From Octopus sinensis (lineage: Eukaryota): 64,000 nucleotides of DNA. The notes under the pieces were generated by a model, which ran no database searches, was not told where the DNA came from, and saw nothing but the letters and a program-made list of their open reading frames with translations. The translations under genes and the position numbers were made by a program. This document shows, piece after piece, positions 51,608 through 62,327 of the stretch. The stretch is from assembly GCF_006345805.1 (NCBI RefSeq), contig NC_043006.1, positions 95,666,001 to 95,730,000 on the forward strand, given 5' to 3'. The stretch's first letter is position 1; the number at the start of each line of letters is the position of its first letter.

Positions 51608-52131
51608 CAACAATCAAGGAACGGCCATAATAGGCCATTCACCCACTAGAAATAACAGCCAAAGCTTCAACCGCAAATAAAAATCACTCCGTCCGAACCA
51701 GGAGAAAATTTTAAAACATTTACCCTGTAATTTCTTATACGATGCACCGTTTCATCTGCTGTTTAATGGTAAAAAACCTGATTAAATTAAATCAAGCCAA
51801 TCTTCCATAGGCCCTCAGATTCTTCAGTAAGAAATAGCCAAGTCGGAACAGATATTTCACGAGGCATTTCCGAATGCCTCGTGAAAATATCTGTTCCGAC
51901 TTGGCTATTTCTTACTGAAGAATCTGAGGGCCTATGGAAGATTGGCTTGATTAATTTAATCAGGTTAGTTTACCATTAAACAGCAGATGAAACGGTGCAT
52001 CGTATAAGAAATTACAGGGTAAATGTTTTTAAATTTTCTCCTGGTTTACGGAGTTGATTTTTATTTGCGGTTGAAGCTTTGGCTGTTATTTCTAGTGGGT
52101 GAATGGCCTATTATGGCCGTTCCTTTTGTTG
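51608..52131. repeat. ~524-bp near-perfect palindrome
   Basis: Arms of ~260 bp around a 4-nt spacer TCCG (51869-51872), with a few indels and substitutions. Confidence 0.95.
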
Positions 52132-52209
52132 TATATATATATATATGTATATTTAATATATATATATATACATTTGTATATATATATATATATTATATTA
52201 TATATATAT

Positions 52210-52262
<53 letters not shown>

Positions 52263-52447
52263 ACACATATGTATGTATGCATGTATGTACAAACGTATGC
52301 ATGTAAGTATGTATGTCGATATGGCTTTTATCTTTTACTTGTTTCAGTCATCAGACTTTGGTCATGCTGGGGCACCCCTTTGAACAATTTTTTTTTTGTG
52401 AAATGAATGGACCCTTATATTTTTTTTTGAAGAATCATACTTATTCT

Positions 52448-52755
52448 ATTCTATATTTAAGAGATGAGGAATTATGTGCCTTATTTACATTATTTACAAT
52501 TGACGGATACTTGTCCTCATCTTGTTTGTTGTTGACACAACGTTTCACAATCAGCCTTCATCTGGTGTCTTCCTGAAATTTTGAACCTGGGTTCTCATTC
52601 CTAATGTATTTTTCGATATTGTTGTTGTTGTTGTTATTATTATTATTATTATCATTATTATTATTATTACTATTATTCGCGTCACTGCCTGGGATCGAAC
52701 TTGTAATCTTGGGTTTAGTAGCCCACGCTCTTAACCATTACGCCATATGCCCGAG
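52448..52755 (-). mobile_element. Uninterrupted copy of the tRNA-head/hammerhead-tail SINE (HHR degenerate)
   Basis: A box TGGCGTAATGG, B box AGTTCGATCC, (AAT/AAC)n linker, tail with CAGATGA..GAAACGTT (core mutated, stem II partly deleted). Confidence 0.8.
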
Positions 52756-52756
52756 G

Positions 52757-52943
52757 TATTTTGTCTGCCCGTTACGTTCTGAGTTCAAATTCCGCCGAGG
52801 TCGACATTACCTTTTATCCTTTCGGGGTCGATTAAATAAGTACCAGTTACGCACTGAGGTCGATGTAATCGACTTAATCCCCTTGATAGTCCTTATTTGT
52901 TCCCCCCACTATGTTTAGCCTCCTGTGTGCAATAAAGAAATAA
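52757..52943 (+). mobile_element. SINE family C, 5'-truncated, intact 3' tail
   Basis: ttacgttctgagttcaaattccgccgaggtcgac...agcctcctgtgtgcaataaagaaata. Confidence 0.85.
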
Positions 52944-53323
52944 CCACAGATCTGCGTACCCTTGGATGGCTTTTCGCTAAATATCAACGACAGCTACAGC
53001 AAAACTGTAGGGCTGAAAGCAATGTTTTCTTAAACATTTTTCTCTGTCATCCTTAGAAATTTGCCATTTTACCTGTGTGTATATTTTGTCTTATCTTAGA
53101 AAGTATGTGCGCTTCTCTAAAATTTGTTCTATTGAATAGAAATTTTATTTCATTAATTTGTGTGCGGACAGTGTTTCCCGTTTGTGCGCTTCTTGTAAAA
53201 CATACGTGCTTATGCACAAACCCACAGCTAAAGGAGAAAACTGGTTGACAATATTCAAGCTACTCATCTCTTGGTTTATTTACCATACGTTTATTTATCC
53301 TTCTTTCGAGATATCTTCTACAC

Positions 53324-53465
53324 AAATTCTATCTTTGCGAACAGTGAGCAGAACACTCCATCTTCTTCAATTCGAATTTCGATTTCATCTTGAAATTCTA
53401 TCTTTGCGAACAGTGAGCAGAACACTCCATCTTCTTCAATTCGAATTTCGATTTCATCTTGAAAT
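53324..53465. repeat. Perfect 69-bp tandem duplication
   Basis: aaattctatctttgcgaacagtg...catcttg at 53324 and 53393. Confidence 0.95.
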
Positions 53466-54090
53466 ATTACCTGCGCATTTTATTCATTCCTTTGTACGCT
53501 TGTTCTAAAACCTGTGTGCGCATGCACGAGTGTACAGCTTGGAAGGATAACACGTGGAGAGTAATGAAACAACTGACCTTCCATTTACATGTCTCCCACG
53601 CTTATTTATCGCTCTTTCCCTTTTGAATGAACGACTTTCATATTGTACCTGGCGTACCTCATAATATTTCCAATTAATAACTGTTTATTTGCGGGCAGAA
53701 TTATTAGAGGGAAATTTAGAACTAGAGAAAAGAAAGATAAAGAGAGCAGAAACCAGGACAAACGAACAAATTAAGGGGAGAGAGAAAGAGACTGAGAGAG
53801 AAGAAAGTGTGATAGAAATGGCTACGAATAACATTTGTCTGAAATCATTTTTTCTGCTGAACAGTCTGTCAGTGTCAATCTTTATAAAAGTTGGCTGTAG
53901 ATTCAAACAAATTCTGAGAAGCTTTTGCGAAAGGTCCAGTTCATTAGGGATTCTCTATACGTTACTACGACACAAAGGTTTAATATTTGACCTCGACACC
54001 TCAATATCCTTATGGATTTGCTTGCAAGGTTCAAATATTGAAAGCGGTGTGTATATAGGGATGATTGTTGTTTGTGTGCTTGTGCAGCTC

Positions 54091-54129
<39 letters not shown>

Positions 54130-54394
54130 AATAGTGTTATAAAGTAGTATCCTATTTTTATCCTTTCCAAACATAGCATCATCGTCGTCGTCTCATCATC
54201 ATCATCGTCAACGCCCACGCCATCGCCATCCTCATCATCTTCCGGCTCCTTCACTTCCTCCTCCCCATCATCATCATCATCATTTCTTCTTCGTCTTCTC
54301 TTCCTAATCCTTCGTATTTTAAATGTTTATATATACATATGTGTGGGCGTATGTCTGTATTAGTATGTGTGTGCATGTATGTATACATGCATAC

Positions 54395-54429
<35 letters not shown>

Positions 54430-54495
54430 GGTCCCGGATTGATTCGGGGTTAACCACAGTAAATAAGGTACTCAATACATAGCAGAGTAAAATTA

Positions 54496-54627
54496 ATTTA
54501 TTATATAGAAGGAGCTTCTACAGGACTAGAACTGTTTCATTCAAGAGAAATCTTCAGGAAGCTTCCTGAAGATTTCTCTTGAATGAAACAGTTCTAGTCC
54601 TGTAGAAGCTCCTTCTATATAATAAAT
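54496..54627. repeat. Perfect spacer-less 132-bp palindrome at the end of a PLE-like repeat fragment (from ~54431)
   Basis: Two 66-bp exact arms centred on AAG|CTT (54561/54562); each arm has CTGAAGA-N12-GAAAC. Confidence 0.95.
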
Positions 54628-55760
54628 ATATATATATATATATATACAAGTATATATGTATGTATATATATATATGAGTGTGTGGGTGCAAGTGTGTATC
54701 TACATATCTATATATGTATATATATGTGTGTGTATGTGTGTGTATGTGTACATGCGTGTGTGTGTGTGCGCGTGTGTATGTATGTGTGTCTGCGCGTGTA
54801 TGTGTGTGTGTGTGCATGTACGTGTATTTGTTTGGGCGTGTGTAAGGTTGTTGTTATTTTCTATTCTGATCAGTTGATAAGCATTATCGTAATATCTCTT
54901 CCGTCACATTTGTAGCATCTTGTATTTTGTAAGGACTCGTCATTGTTGTGACAAATGTATTTATCACTTATCAACGTGAGATAAACATCAGTATCACGCA
55001 CCCCCACCACACACACAAAAGGCGTGGTTGTATGGTAAAGAAAGTCATTTCGAGATCAATCCTACAGCACGGCACTTTGGCTAAACATTACACTATGTCC
55101 CCGGATGAACAAGAAATAAGCATTGCGCGGCGAAATTGGATTAAGAGAAAAATGTCGCAGTTCGTCAGAACGTCAGTAGGGTCATTTTACTTTGGAAGTA
55201 GACTTAATCCGCTAAATCCGTAGACTGTGATAAAATGCATTTCATTCCACTCACATCATCCGCCTTGGTTGGCTTATTGCTGTATGTTGTGGAAGTATTC
55301 TGACAAAAGATAGACTCATTGTTATATATTAAAGAGCTGTGAGTGATTGGCAGTTCGTATTGGTAGCAGTTCACCGTGAGACTTTGATATAGAACTTTGA
55401 TTCTCGTGTAATAGTAATAATAGTGTGTTGTATATATATATTTCTTCCTCCCTGCTTCCTTATATTATATATCTAATTAAAGGATATATAAAAGTATATT
55501 TATTTTGCTTTCATTTTGTTTGATATTTTCCCGCAACATATATTGATACATGGCTGCGTCTGTAAGAATTTGGCTTAGCAACCACATGGGGGGGGGGATC
55601 AGTCCACTGGGCGGCACCTTGGGCAACTGTCTTCTATATTATAGTCTCTTCAGCCAAATTTACACACAGCCCCCATCGGTCCTCTAAGGGAATTTGCGAG
55701 ACTGAGACTGTGCAGAAGCCTGATACACACACACACACACACATATATAATGCATATGTA

Positions 55761-55839
<79 letters not shown>

Positions 55840-55886
55840 ATATTTCGGAATGGTCATATTGCCAGTTTAGCCAATAAAACGTACTG

Positions 55887-55958
<72 letters not shown>

Positions 55959-56320
55959 CAGTATGCGGCAAAGTAATTTATTTTACTACGCCCTTTTATA
56001 TAATGTAATAATTTGAATTCGCCTTAATTGGTCCCTTTGCATACTGAATACTTGGTGAAATTGATTAATTAATTAATTTTACCCTCAATTGTTGAAATTA
56101 TAATTCATCTCTCTCTATACAATGCCTCGGATTTTACCGAAAAAAGCATAGTGTTTACTGATTTTAGCCCACGCTGGTGGAAAGGGGAGAGCAGAAATTC
56201 TTCGCTTGCATATTTTGAGTTTGCTGGCACTGTTAGTTTCGAGCAGATCTTCAGAAGCGATAAGAAGCCGAAAGGGTATGCTCCCACTTTCAGTGTTTTC
56301 AAATCCAAACCAGGGAGTTC

Positions 56321-56373
56321 TGAGCTGATGATAGAAGTGTCGAGTTTGACTAATCTTGAAACGTACGTTCTCA
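56321..56373 (+). ncRNA. Type I hammerhead ribozyme, unit 1
   Basis: UGAG-CUGAUGA-uAGA..GUCG aguu UGAC..UCUu-GAA-ACG ua CGU-U-CUCA; GUU triplet; predicted cleavage after 56369. Confidence 0.78.
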
Positions 56374-56875
56374 AATAACCTTTGCATTTGATTTTTTAAT
56401 GTCTCTACCCCCATACTTTCGTGAGTTGAATTGAGCAAGGACTATATGAGAGAGGTTTTCTTTAAGTATTAGAAATAGTTTTATAAATGTTTTTTTAGCT
56501 GCTATTTCTAATGAGTTCAGTATGCGGCAAAGTAATTTATTTTACTAAGCCCTTTTATATAATGTAATAATTTGAATTCGCCTTAATTGGTCCCTTGCAT
56601 ACTGAATACTTGGTGAAATTGATTAATTAATTAATTTTACCCTCAATTGTTGAAATTATAATTCATCTCTCTCTATACAATGCCTCGGATTTTACCGAAA
56701 AAAGCATAGTGTTTACTGATTTTAGCCCACGCTGGTGGAAGGGGAGAGTAGAAATTCTTCGCTTGCATTTTTGAGTTTGCTGGCACTGTTAGTTTCGAGC
56801 AGATCTTCAGAAGCGATAAGAAGCCGAAAGGGTATGCTCCCACTTTCAGTGTTTTCAAATCCAACCAGGGAGTTC

Positions 56876-56928
56876 TGAGCTGATGATAGAAGTGTCGAGT
56901 TTGACTAATCTTGAAACGTACGTTCTCA
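56876..56928 (+). ncRNA. Type I hammerhead ribozyme, unit 2
   Basis: Same sequence as unit 1; predicted cleavage after 56924. Confidence 0.78.
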
Positions 56929-57430
56929 AATAACCTTTGCATTTGATTTTTTAATGTCTCTACCCCCATACTTTCGTGAGTTGAATTGAGCAAGCACTAT
57001 ATGAGAGAGGTTTTCTTTAAGTATTAGAATAGTTTTAAAAATGTTTTTTTAGCTGCTATTTCTAATGAGTTCAGTATGCGGCAAAGTAATTATTTTACTA
57101 AGCCCTTTTATATAATGTAATAATTTGAATCGCCTTAATTGGTCCCTTTGCATACTGAATACTTGGTGAAATTGATTAATTAATTAATTTTACCCTCAAT
57201 TGTTGAAATTATAATTCATCTCTCTCTATACAATGCCTCGGATTTTACCGAAAAAAGCATAGTGTTTACTGATTTTAGCCCACGCTGGTGGAAAGGAGAG
57301 AGTAGAAATTCTTCGCTTGCATTTTTGAGTTTGCTGGCACTGTTAGTTTCGAGCAGATCTTCAGAAGCGATAAGAAGCCGAAAGGGTATGCTCCCACTTT
57401 CAGTGTTTTCAAATCCAAACCAGGGAGTTC

Positions 57431-57483
57431 TGAGCTGGTGATAGAAGTGTCGAGTTTGACTAATCTTGAAACGTACGTTCTCA
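57431..57483 (+). ncRNA. Hammerhead, unit 3, core variant CUGGUGA (predicted inactive)
   Basis: tgagctggtgatag: A6>G in the catalytic core (could also be a sequencing error). Confidence 0.6.
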
Positions 57484-57986
57484 AATAACCTTTGCATTTG
57501 ATTTTTTAATGTCTCTACCCCCATACTTTCGTGAGTTGAATTGAGCAAGCACTATATGAGAGAGGTTTTCTTTAAGTATTAGAAATAGTTTTAAAAATGT
57601 TTTTTTAGCTGCTATTTCTAATGAGTTCAGTATGCGGCAAAGTAATTTATTTTACTAAGCCCTTTTATATAATGTAATAATTTGAATTCGCCTTAATTGG
57701 TCCCTTTGCATACTGAATACTTGGTGAAATTGATTAATTAATTAATTTTACCCTCAATTGTTGAAATTATAATTCATCTCTCTCTATACAATGCCTCGGA
57801 TTTTACCGAAAAAAGCATAGTGTTTACTGATTTTAGCCCACGCTGGTGGAAAGGGGAGAGCAGAATTCTTCGCTTGCATTTTTGAGTTTGCTGGCACTGT
57901 TAGTTTCGAGCAGATCTTCAGAAGCGATAAGAAGCCGAAAGGGTATGCTCCCACTTTCAGTGTTTTCAAATCCAACCAGGGAGTTC

Positions 57987-58039
57987 TGAGCTGATGATAG
58001 AAGTGTCGAGATTGACTAATCTTGAAACGTACGTTCTCA
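57987..58039 (+). ncRNA. Type I hammerhead ribozyme, unit 4
   Basis: Core intact; one substitution in loop II (gagattgac). Confidence 0.78.
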
Positions 58040-58546
58040 AATAACCTTTGCATTTGATTTTTTAATGTCTCTACCCCCATACTTTCCTGAGTTGAATTGA
58101 GCAAGCACTATATGAGAGAGGTTTTTTTTCTTAAGTATTAGAAATAGTTTTATAAATGTTTTTTTAGCTGCTATTTCTAATGAGTTCAGTATGCGGCAAA
58201 GTAATTTATTTTACTAAGCCCTTTTATATAAGTAATAATTTGAATTCACCTTAATTGGTCCCTTTGCATACTGAATACTTGGTGAAATTGATTAATTAAT
58301 TAATTTTACCCTCAATTGTTGAAATTATAATTCATCTCTCTCTATACAATGCCTCGGATTTTACCGAAAAAAGCATAGTGTTTACTGATTTTAGCCCACG
58401 CTGGTGGAAAGGGGAAAGCAGAAATTCTTCGCTTGCATTTTTGAGTTTGCTGGCACTGTTAGTTTCGAGCAGATCTTCAGAAGCGATAAGAAGCCGAAAG
58501 GGTATGCTCCCACTTTCAGTGTTTTCAAATCCAAACCAGGGAGTTC

Positions 58547-58599
58547 TGAGCTGATGATAGAAGTGTCGAGTTTGACTAATCTTGAAACGTACGTTCTCA
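58547..58599 (+). ncRNA. Type I hammerhead ribozyme, unit 5
   Basis: Same sequence as unit 1. Confidence 0.78.
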
Positions 58600-59105
58600 A
58601 ATAACCTTTGCATTTGATTTTTTAATGTCTCTACCCCCATACTTTCCTGAGTTGAATTGAGCAAGCACTATATGAGAGAGGTTTTCTTTAAGTATTAGAA
58701 ATAGTTTTAAAAAAGTTTTTTTTAGCTGCTTTTTCTAATGAGTTCAGTATGCGGCAAAGTAATTTATTTTACTAAGCCCTTTTATATAATGTAATAATTT
58801 GAATTCGCCTTAATTGGTCCCTTTGCATACTGAATACTTGGTGAAATTGATTAATTAATTAATTTTACCCTCAATTGTTGAAATTATAATTCATCTCTCT
58901 CTATACAATGCCTCGGATTTTACCGAAAAAAGCATAGTGTTTACTGATTTTAGCCCACGCTGGTGGAAAGGGGAGAGCAGAAATTCTTCGCTTGCATTTT
59001 TGAGTTTGCTGGCACTGTTAGTTTCGAGCAGATCTTCAGAAGCGATAAGAAGCCGAAAGGGTATGCTCCCACTTTCAGTGTTTTCAAATCCAAACCAGGG
59101 AGTTC

Positions 59106-59158
59106 TGAGCTGATGATAGAAGTGTCGAGTTTGACTAATCTTGAAACGTACGTTCTCA
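59106..59158 (+). ncRNA. Type I hammerhead ribozyme, unit 6
   Basis: Same sequence as unit 1. Confidence 0.78.
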
Positions 59159-59657
59159 AATAACCTTTGCATTTGATTTTTTAATGTCTCTACCCCCATA
59201 CTTTCGTGAGTTGAATTGAGCAAACACTATATGAGAGAGGTTTTCTTTAAGTATTAGAAATAGTTTTAAAAAAGTTTTTTTTAGCTGCTATTTCTAATGA
59301 GTTCAGTATGCGGCAAAGTAATTTATTTTACTAAGCCCTTTTATATAATGTAATAATTTGAATTCGCCTTAATTGGTCCCTTTGCATACTGAATACTTGT
59401 GAAATTGATTAATTAATTAATTTTACCCTCAATTGTTGAAATTATAATTCATCTCTCTCTATACAATGCCTCGGATTTTACCGAAAAAAGCATAGTGTTT
59501 ACTGATTTTGCCCACGCTGGAAAGGGGAGAGCAGAATTCTTCGCTTGCATTTTTGAGTTTGCTGGCACTGTTAGTTTCGAGCAGATCTTCAGAAGCGATA
59601 GAAGCCGAAAGGGTATGCTCCCAGTTTCAGTGTTTTCAAATCCAAACCAGGGAGTTC

Positions 59658-59710
59658 TGAGCTGATGATAGAAGTGTCGAGTTTGACTAATCTTGAAACG
59701 TACGTTCTCA
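59658..59710 (+). ncRNA. Type I hammerhead ribozyme, unit 7
   Basis: Same sequence as unit 1. Confidence 0.78.
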
Positions 59711-60213
59711 AATAACCTTTGCATTTGATTTTTTAATGTCTCTACCCCCATACTTTCTGAGTTGAATTGAGCAAGCACTATATGAGAGAGGTTTTCTTTA
59801 AGTATTAGAAATAGTTTTAAAAAAGTTTTTTTTAGCTGCTTTTCTAATGAGTTCAGTATGCGGCAAAGTAATTTATTTTACTAAGCCCTTTTATATAATG
59901 TAATAATTTGAATTCGCCTTAATGGTCCCTTTGCATACTGAATACTTGGTGAAATTGATTAATTAATTAATTTTACCCTCAATTGTTGAAATTATAATTC
60001 ATCTCTCTCTATACAATGCCTCGGATTTTACCGAAAAAAGCATAGTGTTTACTGATTTTAGCCCACGCTGGTGGAAAGGGGAGAGCAGAAATTCTTCGCT
60101 TGCATTTTTGAGTTTGCTGGCACTGTTAGTTTCGAGCAGATCTTCAGAAGCGATAAGAAGCCGAAAGGGTATGCTCCCACTTTCAGTGTTTTCAAATCCA
60201 AACCAGGGAGTTC

Positions 60214-60266
60214 TGAGCTGATGATAGAAGTGTCGAGTTTGACTAATCTTGAAACGTACGTTCTCA
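60214..60266 (+). ncRNA. Type I hammerhead ribozyme, unit 8
   Basis: Same sequence as unit 1. Confidence 0.78.
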
Positions 60267-60550
60267 AATAACCTTTGCATTTGATTTTTTAATGTCTCTA
60301 CCCCCATACTTTCTGAGTTGAATTGAGCAAGCACTATATGAGAGAGGTTTTCTTTAAGTATTAGAAATAGTTTTAAAAAAGTTTTTTTTAGCTGCTATTT
60401 CTAATGAGTTCAGTATGCGGCAAAGTAATTTATTTTACTAAGCCCTTATATAATGTAATAATTTGAATTCGCCTTAATTGGTCCCTTTGCATACTGAATA
60501 CTTGGTGAATTGATTAATTAATTAATTTTACCATCAATTGTTGAAATTAC

Positions 60551-60595
<45 letters not shown>

Positions 60596-60943
60596 ATATA
60601 TATATATTCATATACATATGTATGTATGTATGTATAAATTAATAACAATATATTGTAATTCATTTATATTCACCTAAGTTGGAATCTGCACTTTGGAAAT
60701 TCTATAGAAAATACCTTTATAAATAGTCCATATGTGAATTACCAAGAACGGATATCTTCACTTAGCTGAGTTGCGTTGTCTGCGCACACTCCAGGAATAT
60801 CAGGTACAAACACCCCGGCACGGAGTCTTGATATTCGTCATTGATTTAATATTGTTTGGGTGTGCTGTTTATACCGACTTAGCAAGGTGCCTCAATTTTA
60901 GCACCTAACTGAACGGAATTTTAATTATATATATACATACTCA

Positions 60944-61313
60944 GGCGCAGGAGTGGCTGTGTGGTAAGTAGCTTGCTAACCAACCACACGGTTGCGGGTT
61001 CAGTCCCACTGCGTGGCATCTTGGGCAAGTGTCTTCTGCTATAGCCCCGGGCCGACCAATGCCTTGTGAGTGGATTTGGTAGACGGAAACTGAAAGAAGC
61101 CTGTCGTATATATGTATATATATATGTGTGTAGGTGTGTGTGTCTGTGTTTGTCCCCCTAGCATTGTTTGACCACCGATGCTGGTGTGTTTAGGTCCCCG
61201 TCACTTAGCGGTTCGGCAAAAAGAGACCGATAGAATAAGTACTAAAGGTGTTGCTCCAGCATGGCCGCAGTCAAATGACTGAAACAAGTAAAAGAGTAAA
61301 AGAGTAAAAGAGT
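60944..61313 (+). mobile_element. SINE family A, full-length young copy
   Basis: ggcgcaggagtggctgtgtggtaagtagcttgc... with an (agtaaaag)3 tail. Confidence 0.9.
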
Positions 61314-61330
61314 ATACATACATTTACATA

Positions 61331-61475
61331 GGCGCAGGAGAGGCTGTATGGTAAGTAGGTTGCTTAATAACCACATTGTTCTGGTTTCAGTCCCACTGCT
61401 GTCTTCTACTATAGCCTCGGGCCGACCAAAGCTTTTGAGTGGATTTGGTAGACAGAAACTGAAAGAAGTCTGTCG

Positions 61476-61557
<82 letters not shown>

Positions 61558-61690
61558 TTGTTTCCCTATCACCATCGCCTGACAATTGATGTTGGTGTAT
61601 TTACGTTCCCGTAACCTAACTAGGCTTACAAAAAATAATTTGTGGAGTTGATTTGTCCGATTTAAGGTGGTGCTCCAGCATGGCCACATC
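61331..61690 (+). mobile_element. SINE family A, second tandem copy
   Basis: ggcgcaggagaggctgtatggtaagtagg...ggtgctccagcatggccac. Confidence 0.8.
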
Positions 61691-61699
61691 CAAAAGACG

Positions 61700-61750
61700 G
61701 AATGCTCGCCTGCCACGCGGGCGGCCCGGGTTCGTTTCCCAGCCGATGCA
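61700..61750 (+). pseudogene. 3' two-thirds of tRNA-Gly(GCC), embedded in SINE tail sequence
   Basis: gaatgctcgcctGCCacgcgggcggcccgggttcgtttcccagccgatgca: anticodon arm, T arm and 3' acceptor strand of eukaryotic tRNA-Gly(GCC); 5' acceptor strand and A box missing. Confidence 0.85.
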
Positions 61751-62296
61751 ATCTGTCAATTTGTTCAGTGGTGGTGCCCCAGTATGGCCGCGGCCTTCGG
61801 GCTGAAACATTTTTAAGGATTTAAGGATATATAAATATACACCTGTTTTTCTGTCTGTCTGTCTGTCTGTCTGTCTGTATGTGTGCTTGTGAGTATGCAT
61901 GTATGTATGACGAATGTATGTGCATCCTTTCCGTTGTCATATTTGCTACCACACAATTTCAAAGTCTAGTATACGTTCGCCATTTTGTGAATGGGTAAAG
62001 TTGCTTTCCGTTCACTTGAGATTGTCTTATAAAGTAGCTTACTCATTCCTGTGAATCACTTACTTACTCTTATCGCAGTTGGAAATATATTCAGTCAGCT
62101 GTGTGAAAGAGTTAAACTGTGAAAATATGGAAATATTTCAGTTACATATGTTCTTGCAAGAAATTTATTATGTAGACCACAATCCAATAACCAGAGATTG
62201 AATGCATGCAGCCTGTAGTCCTTAATGCGTGTATAGAATATAGGTCCAGAAGAGGGTGTGTTTGTGTGTGTGTGAGAGAGAGAGCGAGAAAGAGCC

Positions 62297-62327
<31 letters not shown>

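Larger units (their letters stand above)
55959..60549 (+). repeat. ~557-bp head-to-tail array, 8 units plus 139 bp, one hammerhead per unit (retrozyme/satellite-2-like)
   Basis: Unit starts cagtatgcggc at 55959, 56518, 57072, 57628, 58187, 58745, 59304, 59854 and 60411; units differ mainly by single-base indels; (TA)n on both flanks. Confidence 0.95.

Noticed and set aside
51878-51930. Permuted hammerhead inside the long palindrome (GAAA...CTGAAGA with CCTC/GAGG arms)
   Set aside because: Only 4 nt lie between the putative cleavage site and CUGA, so stem I cannot form.
56105-60334. Recurrent ~110-aa minus-strand ORF (MLNSTHESMGVETLK...) in the 557-bp units
   Set aside because: It starts at TTG, is frameshifted in about half the units, has no recognisable domain, and its recurrence only reflects near-identical repeats. 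BLASTp/HHpred or Ribo-seq could revive it.
55958-60549. Helitron origin for the 557-bp array (A|TC start)
   Set aside because: The unit does not end in CTRR and has no subterminal GC hairpin; the hammerhead explains the array better.
55959-60549. CRISPR-like or rDNA-like array
   Set aside because: There are no unique spacers and no rRNA or snRNA sequence; whole units are repeated.
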